Part shown: piece by piece, positions 60,099-64,000 of the stretch
Numbering within the stretch: position 1 is the first letter of the stretch
How the letters are laid out: every line of letters begins with the position of its first letter
From: a virus
Length of the DNA: 64,000 nt
Direction: 5' to 3' (one strand)
IMG/VR virus record: IMGVR_UViG_3300024252_000004
Coordinates: 280,770 to 344,769 of that record
The notes under the pieces: generated by a model
Database searches by the model: none
What the model saw: the letters and a program-made list of their open reading frames with translations, nothing else
What the model was told of the DNA's origin: nothing
Position numbers and translations under genes: made by a program

Positions 60099-60931
60099 GT
60101 AAAAGAAGTATGTTGATATATCATGCCAATTGCCCTGACGGCTTTGGCGCGGCATATGCATTTTGGAAAAAATACGGATATGGTATTGATTACTGTGCAG
60201 TAAAGCATGGTGATCCGATACCGGATGATATTGACGACAGAGATATCTGGATAGTAGATTTCTGTTTTAAGTTTCCAGAAATGGATGAAGTGATTGAAAG
60301 AGCTAAGAGCGTGGTCGTTATCGATCACCACATTACGGCTATGGAATCGATGGAGGGCGTTACTCGTCCGAATCTTGAAACCATATTTAAAATGGATAAC
60401 TCAGGCGCGGTGTTGGCATGGAAATACCTTTTCCCTGACGAAGACGTTCCAAAGATTCTTCAGTACATTGAAGATAGAGATATTCATAAGTGGGAGCTAG
60501 AGGGTGCCGAAGCACTTTTGGCTAATCTTGATTCTAATGAAAAGAATCTTGAAATCTGGGATGATTTTGCTCAAGACATTGAGACCTCAAGAGGTTTGAT
60601 GAATCAGATTAAGGGCGGAAGAATTCTTCTTGATTACAAAAAGGAGATCAGTGATTCCATTAAGAGAGGCATGTATTACATGACTATCCGAGGAATTGAG
60701 TTCCCTGTCATTAACACCGCAGTGATATTCCGTGGAGACATCCTTTCGGAGATTGCTGATAGTACAGATTTTGGCGTAGCGGCTGCTTATAATTTTGACG
60801 GAAAGCATTATGTCTTCTCGTTAAGGTCGAGAGGCGAAGTCGATGTTGCTAAGATTGCGGAATCGTTCCCCGGTGGTGGCGGGCACAAAGGAGCCGCAGG
60901 GTTTTCGGTCCTTACTATGGAGGACCTTTAG
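60095..60931 (+). CDS. DHH/DHHA1 phosphoesterase (NrnA-like oligoribonuclease/pAp phosphatase family)
   Basis: ATG 60095 overlaps purA stop (ATGA); VVIDHH DHH motif and GGGGHKGAAG DHHA1 motif. Confidence 0.7.
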   Translation: MSKRSMLIYHANCPDGFGAAYAFWKKYGYGIDYCAVKHGDPIPDDIDDRDIWIVDFCFKFPEMDEVIERAKSVVVIDHHITAMESMEGVTRPNLETIFKMDNSGAVLAWKYLFPDEDVPKILQYIEDRDIHKWELEGAEALLANLDSNEKNLEIWDDFAQDIETSRGLMNQIKGGRILLDYKKEISDSIKRGMYYMTIRGIEFPVINTAVIFRGDILSEIADSTDFGVAAAYNFDGKHYVFSLRSRGEVDVAKIAESFPGGGGHKGAAGFSVLTMEDL

Positions 60932-60965
60932 CTCTTCACAATACCCGGAGTGAAAAATTTAATAT

Positions 60966-61712
60966 ATGGAGATAAACAAGAGAACACCTCAAAGTATTCT
61001 TGAAGAGTTAGCGAATTACAAAGATGCGACAATGTGGAATTTTATCAAATGCTTTTCTAAATTATCCCTTGGCAAAGAGGAGATAAGAAGTTGCTATACA
61101 ACTTATTACCACATTGGCGGAGAAGAGAATAATTCGTTAAGTTTTCGAAAAATCATTGAGAAGATGGGGCCAGGGTCAGGAGGAAGTTTTATTAAACTTT
61201 GTTTCACAGTTTACCCTGAGTTATTAGACGAGGTTTTTAGCGACGATCTTGATGACGGAATTATTGGGGCATACGGAATTAATTGGATCCGACTGCTGCT
61301 CGCGCAAAGTGGTTATGTCAGAACGATAAATATATACGATAAGTTGACTGACAGTTCTGACCCATACCTTTATCTGTTCGCGTTGGAGGTATGTTCGATT
61401 GATAAATTAAAAGAACATAAAAGTCACGAGTCAAAGAAGGCACGAAAAATTGTGTTCAGTAGACTTGGTCCTGTGGAATGTTTGAACGATATGCTTCAGG
61501 ACGGTACGAAAGATATACGGGCGCTCGGGGTCAGATTCGCCCCGATGCATTGCGAAATGTTTAACGAAATGAGTGAGGAGGCGGCTTTACAAATTTGCAA
61601 CAATTTGCTAAAAAAAGGTGATGACGAACTAATCGTCATGTTAATGGGAAACAAAAACAACAAGAGCAATGCCTTTTCTGGTTTGCTTAATTTTAGAATA
61701 GAAGAGATGTAA
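60966..61712 (+). CDS. hypothetical protein
   Basis: 248-aa ORF. Confidence 0.5.
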   Translation: MEINKRTPQSILEELANYKDATMWNFIKCFSKLSLGKEEIRSCYTTYYHIGGEENNSLSFRKIIEKMGPGSGGSFIKLCFTVYPELLDEVFSDDLDDGIIGAYGINWIRLLLAQSGYVRTINIYDKLTDSSDPYLYLFALEVCSIDKLKEHKSHESKKARKIVFSRLGPVECLNDMLQDGTKDIRALGVRFAPMHCEMFNEMSEEAALQICNNLLKKGDDELIVMLMGNKNNKSNAFSGLLNFRIEEM

Positions 61713-61714
61713 TT

Positions 61715-61900
61715 ATGGCATACGACAAATCACATTACGGTCCGAAACTCAAAGTCAAAGTCACCAATAGTATTGGTGGCAGAGTAGATTATCACGAAGG
61801 TCTTACTAAATTTGATATTGATTGGATTAAATCTAATCCCAACCTCCAAGTAGAGGTTCTCGAAGTAAGAAATGGAAGACGTAGGCAGCTTAAGAGATGA
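61715..61900 (+). CDS. hypothetical protein
   Basis: 61-aa ORF. Confidence 0.35.
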   Translation: MAYDKSHYGPKLKVKVTNSIGGRVDYHEGLTKFDIDWIKSNPNLQVEVLEVRNGRRRQLKR

Positions 61901-62484
61901 ACAAAGGGAGAGTTATATTTGTGCTCTCCCTTCTTGTTACGTTTCTGGTGGGGTTCAAAACAATGACTCCAGCTTATAACAAACTATCAGATGTGTCGTT
62001 TACTGTTCACGATGTGTGGGCCAATACAAGTGTTCCATTGGGAACGAGGTACATATATCATGGGCAGGATTCGGCGCTTTCTGATAAAGAAGTTGAGAGG
62101 GTGATTAAGAAGACGGAAATAGCTATCCAACATTACTCCAAAGAAAAGGGCTATCCAATGGAGCAATGCAGAACAATCGACACCTTAGAGATTTATTATG
62201 TGAGGCAGGATGAGTTGAACAAAAGAGGAAGATTTCCTATTTTTATGAATGAAAACCTTAGCCCCAATGATGTTGTGTGGGGAGTTTACGATCCTGTAAG
62301 CCAAAGCCCTCATTACGCTGTTTTGATGATATCGAATCCAGGCGGAACCAAGACTGAAGAGACTCAAGCGCATGAGTTGTATCACTATTGGTATGACAGA
62401 TTTTGTTGGGAGCGGCATCACCCTGGAGATCCAGAGTCTGCTGCCCTTGAATTTGAAACCTTTTATGAATTAAACTATATGTGA
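61897..62484 (+). CDS. secreted/membrane-anchored hypothetical protein
   Basis: N-terminal hydrophobic signal-anchor VIFVLSLLVTFLVGF. Confidence 0.45.
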   Translation: MNKGRVIFVLSLLVTFLVGFKTMTPAYNKLSDVSFTVHDVWANTSVPLGTRYIYHGQDSALSDKEVERVIKKTEIAIQHYSKEKGYPMEQCRTIDTLEIYYVRQDELNKRGRFPIFMNENLSPNDVVWGVYDPVSQSPHYAVLMISNPGGTKTEETQAHELYHYWYDRFCWERHHPGDPESAALEFETFYELNYM

Positions 62485-62490
62485 GTTAAG

Positions 62491-63534
62491 ATGAAATTAA
62501 GAAGAGCTTTAGCATTTGATGACGTGCTTCTTGTTCCAAGAAAATCAGAGATACCTTCCAGGCTTGCCGTTGATCCTTCAGTAGACGTTGGTGGAATCAA
62601 ATTAGGCATTCCCCTTATTTCCTCTCCAATGGATACTGTAACAGAAGGACTTATGGCAAAACAACTTGGGCTGCTTGGCGGTCTGGGGATAATTCATAGG
62701 TACTGTTCTGTTAGTGAACAAATTGCTCACTTAAGAATACCAATTGCTGCCGGAGTATATGGAGGCTTTGCAATCGGAGTTGGAGCAGAAGCGGAAGAAA
62801 GATTCTCCATGATTCTGGAAGAATATGGCAGCAGCCTTGATGTTGTATGCATTGACATTGCGAATGGCCATAGCACGCTTATGGAGAGGACCATTAAGAA
62901 AGTTAGAGATATGGCTCCAGATATTTCAATCATGGCAGGAAATGTTGCTACCAGAGACGGATACAGGTTTCTCGCAGATCTCGGAGTAAATTCTGTCAGG
63001 GTAGGTATCGGCGGAGGAAGCATCTGCAAAACGCGAATTCAGACAGGGTTCGGCGTTCCTACATTTTCTTCTCTTCTTTGGGCCGCAGACGCTAAAGAGT
63101 CTGGTAAATACGAGGCGTCCATCATTGCAGATGGAGGCATTAGGCACCCCGGAGATTTAGCTAAAAGCATTGCGGCCGGCGCAGATGCTGTTATCTGTGG
63201 TAGCATCTTTGCTGGGAGCAAAGAAGCCCCTGGTGATGTAATCACATGGACAGATGGCATTGCCTATAAGAAATACAGGGGAATGGCATCGGAAGAGATT
63301 CAGGTAGAGAAGAGGGGCGGAATGAAGCCGGGAACCTGCGCAGAAGGAACGTCTACTCTTGTTAGATATGAAGGCTCCATGAAGAGAGTCACTGAGGAGT
63401 TTGAGGGCGGAATTAGGTCCGCCTTAACTTACAACGGTTCTTGGGATATTCCACATTTCCAGGTGACCGCAGAATTTATTGAGATTACAGATTCTGGATT
63501 AAGAGAGTCTCACTCTCACGGAACAAGGAAATAA
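62491..63534 (+). CDS. GMP reductase-like IMPDH/GMPR-family enzyme (no CBS domains)
   Basis: 347 aa, same length as GuaC; FDDVLLVP, IDIANGHS, catalytic loop GIGGGSICKTR, ADGGIRHPGDLAKSIAAGADAV. Confidence 0.7.
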   Translation: MKLRRALAFDDVLLVPRKSEIPSRLAVDPSVDVGGIKLGIPLISSPMDTVTEGLMAKQLGLLGGLGIIHRYCSVSEQIAHLRIPIAAGVYGGFAIGVGAEAEERFSMILEEYGSSLDVVCIDIANGHSTLMERTIKKVRDMAPDISIMAGNVATRDGYRFLADLGVNSVRVGIGGGSICKTRIQTGFGVPTFSSLLWAADAKESGKYEASIIADGGIRHPGDLAKSIAAGADAVICGSIFAGSKEAPGDVITWTDGIAYKKYRGMASEEIQVEKRGGMKPGTCAEGTSTLVRYEGSMKRVTEEFEGGIRSALTYNGSWDIPHFQVTAEFIEITDSGLRESHSHGTRK

Positions 63535-63535
63535 T

Positions 63536-63865
63536 ATGAGCGAAGATAAAAAGTTACCATCAGTAGAAGAGGTGCTGGAAGAGTTTAGAGTTCTTAAGGG
63601 AAGGATTGGAGGTATTCAGAAATATCTGGCAGGGCTCCATGCTGAGGAAGAAGGCAGGGCTGGCAGTGTCGAGTCAGAGGAGCCTGAGGAGACTTATATT
63701 ACATATAGTAGAGCCGAAGAGGTGCTCCACATAACCCAAATGATTACAGAACAGTTAAAAATTATGCACAACTTCTCTGATCACGAAATACAAATGGATG
63801 TTTCAAAAACTTCCGCCCGAGTGATCAAGGTACACAGCCGAATCTTAGACCACCTAGAGAAATAA
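63536..63865 (+). CDS. hypothetical protein
   Basis: 109-aa ORF. Confidence 0.45.
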   Translation: MSEDKKLPSVEEVLEEFRVLKGRIGGIQKYLAGLHAEEEGRAGSVESEEPEETYITYSRAEEVLHITQMITEQLKIMHNFSDHEIQMDVSKTSARVIKVHSRILDHLEK

Positions 63866-64000
63866 TTTTTCTAAGCTACTCGTAGGAGGTTATAGGAGGT
63901 CGTGCAGGAAATGCGTCTTCATCCCCCTACTCACAAAGGAGTTATATAGCTTATGGCAACAATTAAAAGTACACTTGATTCATTACTATCTATGCCGAAT

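Noticed and set aside
351-63260. Many minus-strand ORFs of 60-180 aa overlapping plus-strand genes (e.g. 351-569, 737-982, 3895-4149, 10273-10740, 14640-15380, 40653-41279, 44737-45273, 54527-54886, 56165-56626, 62727-63260)
   Set aside because: They lie antisense to clearly coding plus-strand genes or inside tRNA/tmRNA loci, and lack RBS or motifs. They are treated as shadow ORFs. Only 7122-7406, 13131-13664, 13840-14325, 34007-34339 and 48640-49566 were kept.
1-64000. CRISPR arrays, integrase/attachment sites, rRNA genes
   Set aside because: No regularly spaced direct repeats, tyrosine/serine recombinase motifs or rRNA-like sequence were seen by eye. The only tandem repeat is the 2 x 30 bp duplication at 29445-29504.

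Overview
This 64-kb window looks like part of a large tailed bacteriophage genome. Almost all genes are on the plus strand, it is full of small ORFs, and it carries about 30 tRNA genes plus a canonical tmRNA (ssrA, 44444-44846).

The most striking content is a translation module. It includes a bL12 (L7/L12) homolog, an IF3 homolog with a UUG start, an RF1-like release factor that carries a prfB-style programmed +1 frameshift site (GGAGG-N3-CUU-UGA) plus a second frame break, a YqeY/GatB-domain protein, a SpoU-type RNA methyltransferase and an RNA ligase. There is a candidate amber-suppressor tRNA (anticodon CUA). Several tRNAs are odd: class-II (long variable arm) scaffolds carrying sense anticodons (GAT, CAT, GTT, CTT). 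Two roughly 260-300-nt ORF-free structured RNAs end in tRNA-like 3' termini.

A conserved sigma70-type promoter (TTtCTAAATTTCcCAcAAGATGgTATagg, TTGCTA/TTTCTA-N17-TATNNN) recurs seven times. It sits in front of tRNA operons and protein genes, and one copy is antisense to a membrane-protein gene.

Three HNH endonuclease genes are embedded next to tRNA or tmRNA genes. One insertion truncates a tRNA, and two have their ribosome-binding site buried in a hairpin.

Auxiliary metabolic genes include purA (transcribed from one promoter copy) with an overlapping DHH/DHHA1 phosphoesterase and a nearby GMP-reductase-like gene (a GMP->IMP->adenylosuccinate shunt), pyrB, a eukaryotic-type phosphomannomutase, IscU, GroEL (no GroES), an AlkB-like oxygenase, an SPFH/NfeD/metallophosphoesterase module, an orphan DNA methyltransferase, an S49 protease and a tail-fiber-like protein.

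Anticodon identities, starts of short ORFs and all ncRNA calls are manual and need tool confirmation.
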